A stretch of DNA of 63,988 nucleotides, counting the filler, from Perkinsus olseni (taxonomy: Eukaryota), in the NCBI GenBank assembly GCA_013115125.1. It is 3 parts of 3 records of this genome, joined end to end, with 100 filler letters (N's around TTAATTAATTAA, not from the genome) between each part and the next. Parts side by side here need not be neighbours in the genome. Positions count along the whole stretch, not along the records: positions 1 to 23,506 come from JABANN010000519.1; positions 23,607 to 47,088 come from JABANN010000520.1; 1 more part is not named here. One strand, given 5' to 3'. The position numbers and the translations under genes were made by a program. Within the stretch, counting starts at the first letter, position 1; each line of letters opens with the position of its first letter. Below the pieces are notes generated by a model. It saw only the letters and a list, made by a program, of their open reading frames with translations. It ran no database searches and was not told where the DNA came from. Positions 12,670 to 28,479 of the stretch are shown in pieces.

Positions 12670-14500
12670 ATGACCACTACTCTCCGAAGCTCCTTCTTCG
12701 AAGAGCTTCTGGAGGCCCGAAACACGTTCGGGTGCACTGGAGGCTGATTCGAAGGAGCATATCAAATTGAAACATCATGTGACTCTATGGCACTCGACGG
12801 GCAGGTTCGATGTCCGTATCCAGCATCCGTATGAGCATTTCGGCAACGCCCCGATACTTATGAAACACAACCCTCTGCTGGGTCAAGAAACATGCCTATG
12901 AAACTTCCCAAGTTGTTCTTCAAACAACATAGAGTTCTTCGATAAGTTTCGCTCGAGACTCTTTCAAGGCATCCATATGCTCTTCTAGAAAGTCAACCAA
13001 ATCCTTCAGCTCGAAGTTATAGGGGATCTGTGGGGAAATGTGCACCACCAATCCTTCAAGATTGGACCATCGACGAAGCGTGATCGGAATCGCTACACAA
13101 AGAATAAATGCAGTGTTGGGAAGCTTAATGCCAATATAAAGACGGTAAGAAATATATGCGCTACAGAGACTGTCAGCACCGAGGACGTCGATTGAGTACA
13201 GCGGTGCGAAGCTCCCACCTCGAAGTATCCTCTGTCGTGCAGCGCCTCGAACTTGGTTCCGATGACCAGAGGCAGCGGAGTTGGTGGTGCCCGAACCGCC
13301 CGCCATACGTTCTCAAGAAGCCACATGTCTCCATCATCCTCCAATTCTAATCCTGCTAGCCCGACACTTGCACACGAGCAACCACTATGAAGGCTCACCG
13401 CAGATTCGAGAGATTCCCTCCTGCCTCTTGGCTTGGTTGGCGAGCTGTGGAGAATAAAAGACAAGGTCGGGATGGTAGCCACCTTCTACCACTCGGGCTT
13501 TCCGTTGGATCTATGGACCTGCGTTCCTTGAAATTATGTGAGCATGGTGGTTACGAATTCCGTTGGGGTTTCCTGCTCTTCATCATCGCTGTTCTGCGCG
13601 GCTTGGTAGCCCGCCTCTTGAGGTGCCTGCTTCCGTAGCTTCTCGTCGACCATTTCCATGGCGACTCTCTCAGCATCCATCAACCGCTCCATCTTCCTCT
13701 TCTCGTTCTTGGTCTTCACTGCCTTCCTCGCTACCCGGTACCTAAAGGACCAAACAAGCTCCCCCGCGTCCTTTGCCCGGATGAGTACAAATAGCGGTTG
13801 AACAGCTCTTCCTTGTAAACTCGACTTCTCCTCTCCTCTTCAGTTTCGGCGTCGTACAATGACATCTTGAACATCCTTTCTTGCGTCTCGTCGTCCCAGA
13901 GCTTCTTCCACGGATCACCCGCCTTGGACCCCGGAATGCCTGAGGCCAGTTGTCAGTACACACGCGGCCATCGACCACTCCTACTCCCCGATTTCATAAG
14001 GGACTCGACTTGGGTTCCCTTGTGAGGCTTGGAGCTGAACATGGAAGAGGCCTCAGCCACCAAGGCTGCTTCGATGTCTCGGACCAGGCGTGCTGCCAGG
14101 CCTTCTCGGGTGGAGAAGTCAGCGCCCGGAGGTATCTCAAAGTACCCTCGAAGCTAGTGAGCAGTGACCATTAACGACTACAGAGCTGAGCTCGAAGCTG
14201 CACTGCATGACAGGCCGTAACCGGCGGCCGTTCTTGGCGACAGAGCGAGCCGCAGCCTCCTTCCCTCGAGGTTTGAAAAAGGTTACTGTCCTGGCCACCA
14301 CAGGGTGCGACGGGGTCTGATGCAACCGAGAACTCCGCCAGGGCTTTCACACGAGTACATTACCGAAGCCAGAGCTTCAACGTATGCATTCACTGCTTGG
14401 AGGGCTTTGGCATTTACCGAAGCGGCCTCAGCTGAAAGGCTTGACGGCGATCCCTTGATCGACACCTACTACTACTACTAGTGGACCTCACATGGCATGT
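12670..14500 (-). CDS. Spliced hypothetical protein
   Basis: Successive exon-like segments (e.g. KTKNEKRKMERLMDAERVAMEM; IPYNFELKDLVDFLEEHMDALKESRAKLIEEL) separated by short intron-like gaps; no family recognised; ends approximate. Confidence 0.45.
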
Positions 14501-14704
14501 TAGTGGAGGTTATATCAGGATGGACAGTCAAATAGAAGGGCCTCAACAGCCTCTTCATTGTTGACCGAAGCAGAGTCCCGGATGCAGCCATTGGAACTTG
14601 TTATTGATAAAAATAGGGGTCCGCCCGTCCAATGACTCCCACAGTGGAACCAAGCAACACTGAGATCTACTAACGCTTGTAAAAGTGGACACAATGGTTG
14701 TAGA

Positions 14705-15538
14705 TTATATCAAAGATTCGCAACGATACTCGAGGATATGAGGGAGCATATCGTTAAGCGCATCGCAAAGATTCTCAATGCTGCCCTTGCCCTTCATGCT
14801 CACTCGTCCAGTTGAGAAGACGTCGACTGTGACACCACGGCCGGGGTCGCGGAGGACCACCTGAAAGGCGAGGGTGGCACGGGTCTTCCCTCACACTAGC
14901 CAACCTACCGCAGGATAACGGCTGGGTTCATAGGCGACGACTTTGGCAAATGCGGGAGCTCTGGAGAGCCCTAACAGATTCATAGTGGAGCCGAGGTCGT
15001 AGGTCGCAAGGATGTTATCACAGGTAAAGTCGGAGAACTTGACACGCTCGCAACTAAGGACGAAGGGAGCCTAGCTGGCTACATCACACTTAGCTGCACC
15101 AACCTTAGACGGGCCTTCAGTCGGGCAGCGGTACCGTGCATGGCGAGCCGAGCATCCTCGGGACTGGCGGCACCAGTAGCCTGTATCTTACCACTACGGA
15201 AGACAGCTATAGTGCCTGACAAGACTTCGCTACTATAGTGTGGGATCGCAGCGAACCTACACTGTGGGCGCCAGTATCGGATACGAACACAGGGGAACTT
15301 GGAGGGATCGTACTCGGCGTTACGGAAGCCCTTCACGATCTGACATCATCGTCATCAACCCATCACGACCAGCGACAAGATCTACCTGCGACAGGTCGAA
15401 AGTAGTGTTAAGATTAGCATGGGCCAAGACGTTCTGGCAGAAGATGTCCTCCGATGTCACTGCTAGACTGGAGTCTGTCGGCGAGCCGGTGAGGAGGGGG
15501 TTTGACAACAGCGCATCTACTGTTGCCATTGCCGCCAT
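14705..15538 (-). CDS. TBP: TATA-binding protein / TBP-like factor, multi-exon
   Basis: Two TBP repeats: CQNVLAHANL..NAEYDPSKFPCVRIR..IAVFRSGKIQATGA and CDNILATYDL..AYEPSRYPAVVLR..VDVFSTGRVSMKG. Confidence 0.9.
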
Positions 15539-15640
15539 TCAGGACCAATACTGCCTTATAGCAGCCTCCCCCCGCACTAGCAACACAATGTCGGGCGGTG
15601 TTAGAAACAGACTGAGATGACATAAACGTAATCGTTAAAA

Positions 15641-17880
<2,240 letters not shown>

Positions 17881-18239
17881 ACTACAGCTATGAACTAACC
17901 AACGCCGATGGTCATCCCCTGTCTTGCCCAGTAGAAATGCTATCCAACGTTGGCTGGTCTCAATTGGGGATTTGACCCCACTACTGGAGGAACAACTCGA
18001 CGTAAACGTTGGGATGAGAGGCACCAAGGGTGCGCTCCAGATCGATCAACTTGGCGGGCGCTCATTCGGCGATTCCGTTGCCTTCGTGTACTGGTGCTCG
18101 GGCATAAGTATGGGTGGTATCTTCATGGCTTGGTAGGGTCCTTTTTCACCAGACAATTGCCTTTCGTGGGTTACTACCCTCCTCCTTTTCTCCTTCTGGT
18201 GCCTCCCTACTCGCTACTCGACTACTATCCTCTATCGTT

Positions 18240-21178
18240 ATGTCACCACTGTCATCCGCTACACTACACCAGCTCGATGCGTTCCTATTGACACATACCT
18301 ATGCGGCTGGGTTCACGCCATCACAACTCGATTTTAAAATCATGGCCAGCATTGGAGGTAATAGTTCGGAGAAAATCTGATAAAAAAAGGGGAAAATGTG
18401 CTGTCAGGCTCGGCCCCCGACGCCTCGTCCTACCCGAACGTGGCTCGGTGGTACAGCCACGTAAGCCACTTGGAGAGGAGTGGCCATGGGGCAGAGGCGT
18501 CAGCAGACAAAGCTGCCGAGAAGGCTGCTAGGAAGAAGGCCAAGGCAGCGGAGAAGGCCGCTAGAGCCGCTAAGGCAGCCGAGGCGAAGGCAGCCAGGGC
18601 TGCTGCGGCCGCCGCTAAGCAGAACGCCTCTGCGAAGCAGCATAGGAAGGAGGTACTGGAGGAAGGAGCTGAAGGGGTGTATGTACCATCATTAGGTCGT
18701 CATCGACATCCTCCCTGAGCCAGTGCCCGACGTCGAAGAGCGCCAAGTGGCGAAAACTACCCCGCCATCTTTGGGTGCTGTAGCGCACAACCTTGTCAAG
18801 CCTGGTAATAGGAGGAATGGTACCTTGTGTGTGGGAGCGCATGAGGGATACTTAGGTGATGCTGAGAAGTACTACATTACGACTGCCATTAACTATACCA
18901 ACGGCTGGGCTCATATTGGCCACGCCTACGAGGCGGTAGCGGCCGATTCTTTGGCCAGATGGAATAGTAATACTGAAGCTGACGGCTGGGGGCTCGAGGG
19001 GTGGTACTGTAGGGGTGTATGGTCGTGATGTGGAGTTTTGTACGGGCACTGACGAGCACGGCCAGAAGATTGCCCAGAAGGCTGAGTCCAAGGGCAAGAC
19101 CCCGAAGGAGATCTGCGACATGTACTCCCGGACTTCCTTCGTCGTACCCCTCATCATTAACGTGGCAACAGTTACGCAAGTGCCTTCAAAGCCCTCAATC
19201 AGAGACTGCGGATCTCCAATGATGTCTACATCCGTACCACTGACGAGCATCACATGAAGACCTGTCAGAAGCTCTGGGAGATGGTCAACGCCAAGGGTAG
19301 TGCGGTTGTACTGGTAGGGGTGTCATGAGGGAGCACGGGTTGTTGGCAGGTGATATCTACCTTGATAAGTACACCGGCTACTACCTGGTCAGGGAGGAGC
19401 GTTATGTGACTGATGCCGAGGCTAAGGAATGGGACTACAAGTACTGCGAACTACAGCCGCGTTCTCGTAGAGTCTCACGTGGTATCGTGCTAAGGGACCC
19501 AAGCACCGGCAAACCCCTGACGGAGATGAGCGAGGAGAGCTACTTCTTCCGTATGGGAAAGTATCAGCAGAAACTGATCGACCATATCAAGAACCACCCG
19601 GACTTCATTAAGTAATATAGCGTGCTATTGATGTTGATAATATTCGTGCTTTGTCATCAGGCCAGAGCAGTACAGACAGCAGATCCTGGCCCGACTCGAG
19701 GAGCCTCTGCGTGATCTCTCTTGCTCTCGCAGGACCTTCAGTTGGGGCATACCAGTAGGTCTCGAATGTGCGAAACACGGCCGCGGATCTCATCGTCAGA
19801 TCCCCGGTAGTGACGACCACGTCATGTACGTATGGTTTGATGCCCTTACTAATTACCTCTCCGCTGTCAACGCTCTTGACGCGGACAGCGACAAGGCGCA
19901 CTACTGGCCGGCTAACGTGAGAGCATCATCACCTGTCATTAGTTTGGCCTTACAGCACCGTTCTTGGCAGGCTCACATTATTGGCAAGGATATCATCTGG
20001 TTCCACTGTGTTATCTGGCCATGCATGCTCATGAGTGCGGGTATACCCCTCCCTGAGTCAGTGGCAGTACATGGCTTCATCCAGGTCAGTTGCTTATCGT
20101 AGGCTATCGTCTATTCCTCTCACTCCTCAGGATTCCGAGGGCAAGAAAATGTCTAAGTCGATTGGCAATGTTGTCGACCCCCACGATGTCTTGGATAAGT
20201 TCCCTGTAGATACTGTCAGGTAGTAGGAGTTATGACGTTGTCGATGGTTAATCCCCTCCCATCAGGTGGTACATGCTCTCTGATGCCCCCTATGGCGGTG
20301 ACCTCAAGTTCTCCACTTCGGCCATGATCAACACCCATAACGCTGACCTCTGCAATGTACAATGCCCCCCTGTTGTGCCAAGGTGGAGTTCCTGTACTGC
20401 TGCTGCTTCCAGGGCCTTGGCAACCTCGTGAACCGTGCCGTTGCTCTCTCTGGCGGCTCGGTACCTGAGCTACCCGTGAAGGACCTTGAGAAGCCCTTCG
20501 ATCTCCGGAAGGCAGTTGCTGATCTTGATGGTAAGTTTCTGACAATTACCGCCAGGAGGTACCCTACACTTCCATCACCGATCAGCGCTGTATACTATAG
20601 CCTCCGAGACGATAGTCCCTACTCTGAATACGCGAGAATTGGTGTCAGAGACACAATTGGTGTTCTCACGCTGGAGGGCTCCTCGTTATGGTGATGTTTG
20701 TCAGTTGCCATGCGTAACCAGGATGCCATCAGTGAGGGTTGCGCTATCATTCGTCAAGTAACTGCTGCTACCAACGAGTGGATCACACGGGCCGAGCCTT
20801 GGAAGATCAAGGATGATAAGGATAAGAAAATGGTAGTATGATTGTAGTGCCCAGGGATCGAACCTGCGCGGTCTTGGGTACACTGGGTGACGCATAGGAA
20901 GAATGTCCGCGATCTCAGGCCATCATCCGTTTGCTAATGGAGTCGGTTTACATTCTGGCTCACATGTGGGCTCCCTTCATCCCCATGGGAGCTGATAAGA
21001 TTTTCGAGAAGCTCGCCACGGCTCCTCGTCCCCTGAAGGATCTCTCGGAGACCTTCGAGAATCTCCGACCTGGACAACAGATTCCCACCAACCGAAGCGT
21101 GAGCAGCTGCACCCCTGCGTCATCGTCACTGCTCTCCCTCGTTAGGTCCTGTACAAGGTTTTGGAGTCTCCTCAGTAA
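18240..21178 (+). CDS. Methionyl-tRNA synthetase with N-terminal eEF1B-like GST-C domain, multi-exon
   Basis: [21 protein letters not shown] (HIGH), [35 protein letters not shown]; the introns checked are GT-AG and restore the frame. Confidence 0.95.
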
Positions 21179-21307
21179 TGATCCTGATAGCATTGGCAAC
21201 CATTCACGGTTCTGTGTTTCTCTATTGTACCACACCTTTCCTGCAACGTCTTCTCTGCTCTTGGATTGTTAATGGGAGTCCTCCAACCATCCAGTTAATC
21301 TCATAGG

Positions 21308-23056
21308 ATGTACAGAGCCGCGGACAGCACGTCGGAGGAGAAAGTGGAGCGCATCAAACGCAAGTAGGAGTCAGAGCCTTATCGCCTGACTCTTGCAATT
21401 GAGGTGGTCAGGTTGGGTAATGAGAACAGCCTGAAGCAGCCCGGCATGAGTATAATGAACGATAGGCGAGTGTTCAGGGGGAGTAACTATTCTAGGGTAG
21501 CAGCACAGAAGGGTGGAGTCATGATCGATCCGGGTAGGACAGTGATGAGCTGAAGCTGCCAACAACAACTAGTACTCTGTTCAGCCCAAGTGCAGATGGA
21601 GCGTGAGGTCCAACGGAGGAAGCTAAAGCGGGCTAACCAAGCGAGGGGGGTATCCGGGGAGGTAGAGTGGGACTAATCATCAGCTACCACCATTCGCCAT
21701 CTTCTCAGGAGGACCGGAGAGGTACTCCCGAGCCTGTTGCTAATCGTCGTCATATGGACATCCAGACCGATCAGTACTATGAGAAGCTCACGGAGATCGT
21801 CAGAGAGTAGACGGGATACCCACGTCCCTGCCGTCATTATTTCCGTTGCTAATAGGCATGATGCTGAGACCCAAACCCCGTTTGCTTATGAGCGTCCGCC
21901 GAGCCCTCTTTTCATACCAGCTAAAAGCGGCAGTGACGCTGGTACGCAGATCCTCGATGGCGAGCTCTTCGACTTTGACAGAGAGGTACTACTGAAGAGG
22001 GAGCAGGCTGATGATGGGTGAGTTCGCCGCTACTAGGTTATACCAGTTTTGGAGGTGGTTGTGGGGAGGACGATCGAGCGAGCATTAATGGAGGTACTCG
22101 AAGAGGAGGAATTGAAGGCTATACAGAAACGACAAGCAGAGTACGGTGCAGCAGGTCGGTCACCGAGACCGGATGTCTTCGTTCTAGGTTCGCAGCACTG
22201 CGTCATGCCGAGCTGCTTGAGGCCCAACGCATGGAGGGAGTGGAGAAGCGTCGATCAGATGAGAGGGAGCGGAGGAAGGCACAGGAGCAGATGCGGCTCC
22301 GAGTGGAAGGGGTGGGCGGGGCTCCTTCGATCACGCGGCCTGCTCACTCAGTATCAGGTCGTACGGCGGAAAGTTCTGTCGAGGCAACTAGCGAAGCAGC
22401 TGGTGGCGGATTTGGAGGCCGATGCGTTCAAGCGGCTCCAGGAGCTCGGCAAATTCGATAATCCTCATTTGGTGAGGCTTCGTTTACGGCAGGCGGATAG
22501 TAGCTTCGTCGTTGTCGAATTCTTTTTCGTCCTTGACGATGGGCTGTCATTCAGATCGAAGTCGAGACTAAGATATTCCCTCAAATACTGGGTTTGGTCG
22601 CTGAGGAGGTAGCCCTGCGGGATGCCTCTGCCAGCGCAACCGCCAAGTTGATTGAGAGGGCCTGTACTAACCGGATGAAGAAGCTCGCAGAGTCCCGTGA
22701 CAAGTAGTGAGATTTCGGACCGTATCGCTTTTATGAGATCATTCGCGTAGAGTCGGCGTCGATGTAGGTCATTCGCGAGGAAGGCCGTGATTGAGGGTAT
22801 CATGGCTGCTGCGGAGAAAGAGAGTAAAGTAATCTCGGATATTGAGCAACTCGAGGCGACACGAATAAGCGAGGAAAGGGAGAGAATGAAGTCATGGGAA
22901 GCAGGAGAGGTGGAGGAGAAGAAGCCATTACTATACAACTGCCATCATCCCCTTTGTCAGGACCCGCCCACCCCACCACCAGAGCCGGCAGAGGAGGGCA
23001 ACGCGGAGGAGGAGGCTGCTGGTGACGGGAGCTCAGCCGAAGGTACGTCATTCTGA
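21308..23056 (+). CDS. RSP3: Flagellar radial spoke protein 3, multi-exon
   Basis: SIMNDRRVFRGSNY, HMDIQTD, ERPPSPLFIPAKSGSDAGTQILDGELFDFDRE, LEVVVGRTIERALMEVLEEEEL match the RSP3 core. Confidence 0.9.
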
Positions 23057-23381
23057 TCTGCTGAATGGGCTTGACGTGTTCGCATTAGCTCCAGACGAGG
23101 CAGCATGATCTCGGTAGTTGTCCGTGACCAGTTGATGTTAAACGTTACCTCCATAGACGAGTTGCGTTAGGCCATGATAGTACCACATGCTCACTGCATG
23201 CTTGTACGATGTCTGGCAGCAGCACCCATACACACTCAGAGAACGTGGGGACGAGAAGTAGATCCACTGGCCATAACTCTCAAGTTATACGGCGATGACT
23301 TTCAAACCCGTCTAGACCATGCTAGATGGAAGACACTTCATACGCAATCACCACCGGACCGTGCAATGATACCTACAATAA

Positions 23382-23506
23382 ACAGTGTCACCATCTGACT
23401 GTGTGGTGATACCTCGAATATACAGTGTCACCATCTGACTGTGTGGTGATACCTCGAATATACAGTGTCACCATCTGACTGTGTGGTGATACCTCGAATA
23501 TACAGT
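23382..23506. repeat. 40-bp tandem repeat (about 3.1 copies, cut by gap)
   Basis: Unit TACAGTGTCACCATCTGACTGTGTGGTGATACCTCGAATA repeated identically up to the contig end. Confidence 0.95.
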
Positions 23507-23606
23507 NNNNNNNNNNNNNNNNNNNNNNNNNNNNNNNNNNNNNNNNNNNNTTAATTAATTAANNNNNNNNNNNNNNNNNNNNNNNNNNNNNNNNNNNNNN
23601 NNNNNN
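23507..23606. other. Artificial contig linker / assembly gap
   Basis: 44 N + TTAATTAATTAA (stops in all frames) + 44 N. Confidence 0.97.
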
Positions 23607-23841
23607 AACAGATCGTGCGATCGATAGGAAGACAACAGCTATCATCAGATCTTGCGCACTTCAGCATCTTTCCATAACAGCCATCATGCGGCGGAGCGCC
23701 AGGTTTCGCGCTCGTCCGGGGTGAGCGAGATACAAATCGATTGCTTTGGCGTTCGCCAATGCTTCGACCAATTACAGATTAGCAAAATCATAGGAAGGCG
23801 CATCACCGCATCATCATCACTTTTGTCATTGGTAATTCCCC

Positions 23842-26800
23842 ATGGAATGCGGCGTCCGACTACTCCTGCTATTTTACTTTCTGACACCTCTAGCGATCGG
23901 AGACCTCATCAAAGTGGATGCCACCAGTGATGCCCCGTTACTCGAGCTGCCACCCTTTGGACTCGGCCCCAGGGGACGTATCATAGCCGATCTGATAGTT
24001 GGTAGTGGGGGTGGGGGGGTGCTCGGATATGAATTCTACGTTTTGGTGAAATTCTGGTATTAAGGTTTTTGGAAAATTACGACGGTTGGTTGTGAGTTAG
24101 TGTGTAAGACTTATTTTATTCGTCATTCCCGAAACATCGTCTTCTTCCAAATTCTTCGCTCGGGCTCAGATTTCTGGTTTGATATCGTTCGTTGATTTTC
24201 TTCATTTATTTACGTAATTCTTAATAGCTAACCGTTGGTTCGGCTTGGGCGCATTTGAGAATATGTCTTCAGCCTAGCCATCGCGGTTGTTTCTCTTTTC
24301 TCTATGCCCTCTCAAAATCTCACTGTTAGTGCCCGAGATTCATTAATCTTGGGAAACCAGCCGGCATGGTCAAAAGCTGTGTGGTTACTGCGGCACTACG
24401 GTCCTTTTTCGCGCTTCTCAATAGAACATTTTCACCAACTTCTCTGTCTGTTCGACCGTCAAAAGCTCTTGTTGAGATCGGGATGAATCGTCACTGCCTA
24501 GCGTATCTTAACTTCACCCTCAGCATTCTCAGGAAGGGGACACGAGGAAGAGTTTCCGACGTACCATCAGAAAAAAATTCTTTAATGATGGACGCTGTCA
24601 GCTTTCTTATTTTTGTTTTTCGGTATGCGGCATTTCCGATGTGAGAACTTTTTCGAAACTGTTTCGTCTCATTTCAAGTTTTGTTCCATTTTTACAACCC
24701 TTCGTTGGCGAAAAAGTAGGAGGAATTTTCTTTCAATATTTTCTGCTTTTTCAGCTGTATTTTCATTTTCGCACAATTTCTCAGCATGCGTGCATCGGTT
24801 GGCATTTTGGAGGTATCTTTCGCCTTCGCCATTTGCAAGCTCGACATGTGATAGCATCTTTCAATTTTGATGTATGAATGCCTGTGACAGTACATATGGA
24901 GAATACTCAAAAAAATTAATATTAAAAAATTGAAATTTTCATTCACTAAATGTAACAGGTATTGAAGGAATCTTTGCGTATCTTAGGTTGACCCTTGCCT
25001 CAGGTAATAAAACCTCCCCTTCGCCGGGTCGGTGGGTGCTGGTCCTCTCGTTGGAGCAATTCGAGCTGTGGGCCCAGTCGATTAAGAAGGAGGAGTTGAT
25101 GCCCGGCGCGAGAGGCGTAATCAATACCAATCGTCCGTCGATTTATAGGGAGGTAAAGGTCGTGGGTTCGATCCCGGCGTGCGGCATTTATGGTAACTTT
25201 TTAGGAGTTTTGTTGTCCAGGGGAGCGCATTCATTTTGATATCTCGGTGCGAGCTGACAGGCCTGACAAGTATGTAATGGGCGGACGATTATGCGTGGGT
25301 GAAAAACTCCGCAATCTCAAAATCCGTGTGGGATCATGGTGACCTCAAGATTCTCGTTTTTGCGAATTACCGGCTCTTTCGGGAAAACGTCACGCGCCAC
25401 GAAATTATAGAGGTATATTATAATTGCTCAAAGGAAATCCGGAGTCTTAAAATTCGTGTGAACCCAGGGTGGCCGATAGGATTGTCGTTTTCGCGAATGA
25501 AAATGTCACGCGCCACGAAATTATGCAGGTATATTATGTTTATTGCGAACCCTCAACAGCCAGGCAACTCATCATCGTCGCGTTTGGTTCGGCCGATCAT
25601 CGGAGGGTCTTCGCGTGAGGATGAACCTTCCGCGGAGCAGATAGGATTTATGGAGTCCCCGTTGCTGGTGGATACACCTCCTATGAGTCCGGAGGCCTAT
25701 CTTAGAGGAGATGAAGATGAAGGTAGTAGGGTGTTGGGCTGTCATACGGAAGGTCTTGGGTTCAATTCCGCCGACGGTTGTTTTCTCTTTTAATTATTTT
25801 GCTTTTGATGCCGATGAACGATGAAATCGCAGATGAATATCGGAGCAGTTGATGATTCCTGAATCGCCTGCCAGAGCAAATTGAGCCCTTCGAAGCTCGA
25901 GCTCACAAAATTTGGAAAAATAATAATACCCGCTCAGGCAGCATAGATGGTATCAATATGTATTGCTCCGCGTTGATCTCGGTATCGTCGAGATACGGAT
26001 CATCAGTCGTGTATCGTGATCATGAATGTTGCTCGTTAGCGATAGCAGATGTCCTCAGAATTAATAATCGTTTTGTGTATCGGCCAAGCCGAAACTACTG
26101 TAGACTATGAACGCCGGCCTGTCTCCAATGGGCTGTGCTGGTCGAGGGCTGACGACCAACCGACAAAGATTCGTCAGTATTCTCACAATTCTGATGTTAT
26201 TACTATCCACAGATCTACTTGATAGTTTTCCTTTTCTATTTAATAGTTACCAGTGTGCGTTTTTTCATGTTCTCGCCAGGTTGATCGAGGAAAACTATTT
26301 CTGTTTTTTTCTTTTGGAATATTTCTGTCGAAAATGAAAAAATCCTTGGGCACCTGGAGTTATACTCGCCTTAGTGCTGCTGATGTGATATCGAATTATC
26401 AGTATCATTATCGCACCAAAAATACTCCGGTTCGAATAGGAAGTTGTTGTTGGTGCATCACATGATGTAAGATACTCTCAGTGAGGGCCAGTGTATATCT
26501 GCCTGTCGTATCTTTCCCGTATCTTACTGGCTTCAACCTTAGATACGCTGAACAGCAGCGGCCAATTCGACCAACCGAGGCTGCAGGTAGTCGGCAGCGT
26601 TCGGTTCGAGCAAGCAGATGGACGCCAACTGGAGTAGGGTGGGGGAGTAGCGCGCGCCCCGGTGATCGATTTGGATATTTATTAGTTACCAGCTGTTGCC
26701 GTTGGCAACGTGTGTGTTGGGCTTGGCGACTGCAGTGATAGCGTCGGCTGTGTTGTATTATGGACTCATGGCTAGTGCTTGGCGGAGGTAGTATCTTAGG

Positions 26801-28306
26801 TTGAACCGTGCAAGATACGGAATAGGTCAAGGTGATTACATTTTTTCCAGATACTATACACTGCTGCATGTCTTCCACTTGTCGGTGCTTCTGTGGATGT
26901 CTCTCTACTTCAGCTTATGGTGAGTTCTCTGGGGCGATCATTCTGCAAATCCGAGACGTTTTTACCCGGGGAAAACCGGTGATGATTTCATCACGGTATT
27001 TTCTTGACGGATATGATATCGAACACGCAGGATAACAGCCATACTGTATCTTAGCCACTGGGCGAAAGCGGAGCGATAATTTCGTGGCGCAGCGGTCATT
27101 AGCGGAGCGAAGTTCTCTCAGGTACCGGTCCTTGAAGGAACAAGATGCCACCGGCGATCCAAACACGTTGACGGCGAGGTGGCTGCCTCAACTCGCACAG
27201 AAGATATATGATATTCTTGAGTTGATGATGTACGGCAGTGGACAGGCGCAGGTTCGATTCCCAGGGGCGGCATTTTTCAGGTATTTATTGACGGCACTGG
27301 GATGGCAGAGCTCGAGGCCGAGATTGAACAGGACAGAAATTAGATTCGCTGGAGTTATATCAACTGTATCGATGTAAGTTGAATCTTAGCTCGATGCTTG
27401 CAAGATACAAAAAGGGTTGGCTCTCAGGTATCTTGGATTTTTCGAAATTACTTGTACGTCTGAGCAAGTGTGTGCTGGCTACCGACTGTCCCGTCTCATC
27501 CTCCATTCACTCGCCTACCTCTGCATTATCGTGGCAGTCAACTTCCACCTCGCAGTCATCAACAACCAGGTCGGTGTGCAAGTGCAAGAGCGCGCGCCCT
27601 CATGATCGATATTCAGATTCGGGAGGCTGGTATTAGTCTGGACACCGGAAGAATGTATCAGCGATTTTATGCGTACTCGTACTTTAGAGTTGCCTTCCTG
27701 CTGTTCATCGTAAGTAGTCGTTCTTGATATTCCCGCGCGCCACAAAATTGCCTTTCTCCTCCTCAGATTCAACCGACGGTTATGTTGTTCATTCAAATGT
27801 CGGTGTTCAGCTGGTATGAGGAGTGGGCCGTCACGCTGATTTATTGGCTCATAAAATGGCTGCTGTTGTTGGCAGTAGCGTGGAGCTTCAGACCAAGACC
27901 GAGTAGGAAAAGACATTTTCGGGCGCGCGCTTTTTGCACAAGGAATGTTGAAATTTTCGTTTGTGGTTGTGGTTTTTTCCCTACGGGACGAGGAAGGAAA
28001 CTTGAAGGAGTCTTGATACAAGAAATTTCTGGGCGTGCGCTTTTTACATAGAAAATGAAATATTTTTACGGACGATTTCAACGTGTGAAGGGTTCTTGAA
28101 ACTGGGTAGAGGCGACAGTCTATTGACCACGCGGGATGTTGGTGGCGGTTTTTTCTGGGTTCGAATCTGGTATGATTTTGTGGCGCGCGACTTTTTCAGA
28201 GAATCTGAAGTTGTTTAATATTGCGGTTGCGGACCAGCGGGCTGAGTTTGAGGATAATGATGAAGGGCAGCAGCAGCGTGGCCGAGGGGAGGGTGGTAGG
28301 ATTTGA
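23842..28306 (+). CDS. GPR107/GPR108/TMEM87-like seven-transmembrane protein, multi-exon with long introns
   Basis: Signal peptide MECGVRLLLLFYFL, luminal LPPFGLGPRG, then TM exons LTALGWQSSRPRLNRTE, LHSLAYLCIIVAVNF, FRVAFLLFI, SWYEEWAVTLIYWLIKWLLLLAVAWSFRP and an acidic tail. Confidence 0.7.
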
Positions 28307-28479
28307 GGGAAATTTGGTATGTTATATTTTTTTGGCAGGTCAAATTTCAACGGCTCGGCTGTGAACGTATCATTAGAGTGTATCTTTTCTTTTGTGAATG
28401 ACCAGAGTCGACTTGAAGATACTTTAGTGTGTTATTGGCTGTTGGTGAACAGGTTTGCATTTTTATGGTATTGTTGTAA

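Noticed and set aside
23382-23506. CRISPR array
   Set aside because: Units abut directly with no unique spacers, there are no cas genes, and the context is eukaryotic.
23551-23562. TTAATTAATTAA inside N runs (also 47133-47144) as a biological motif
   Set aside because: The symmetrical N44-linker-N44 design is an artificial six-frame-stop contig joiner.
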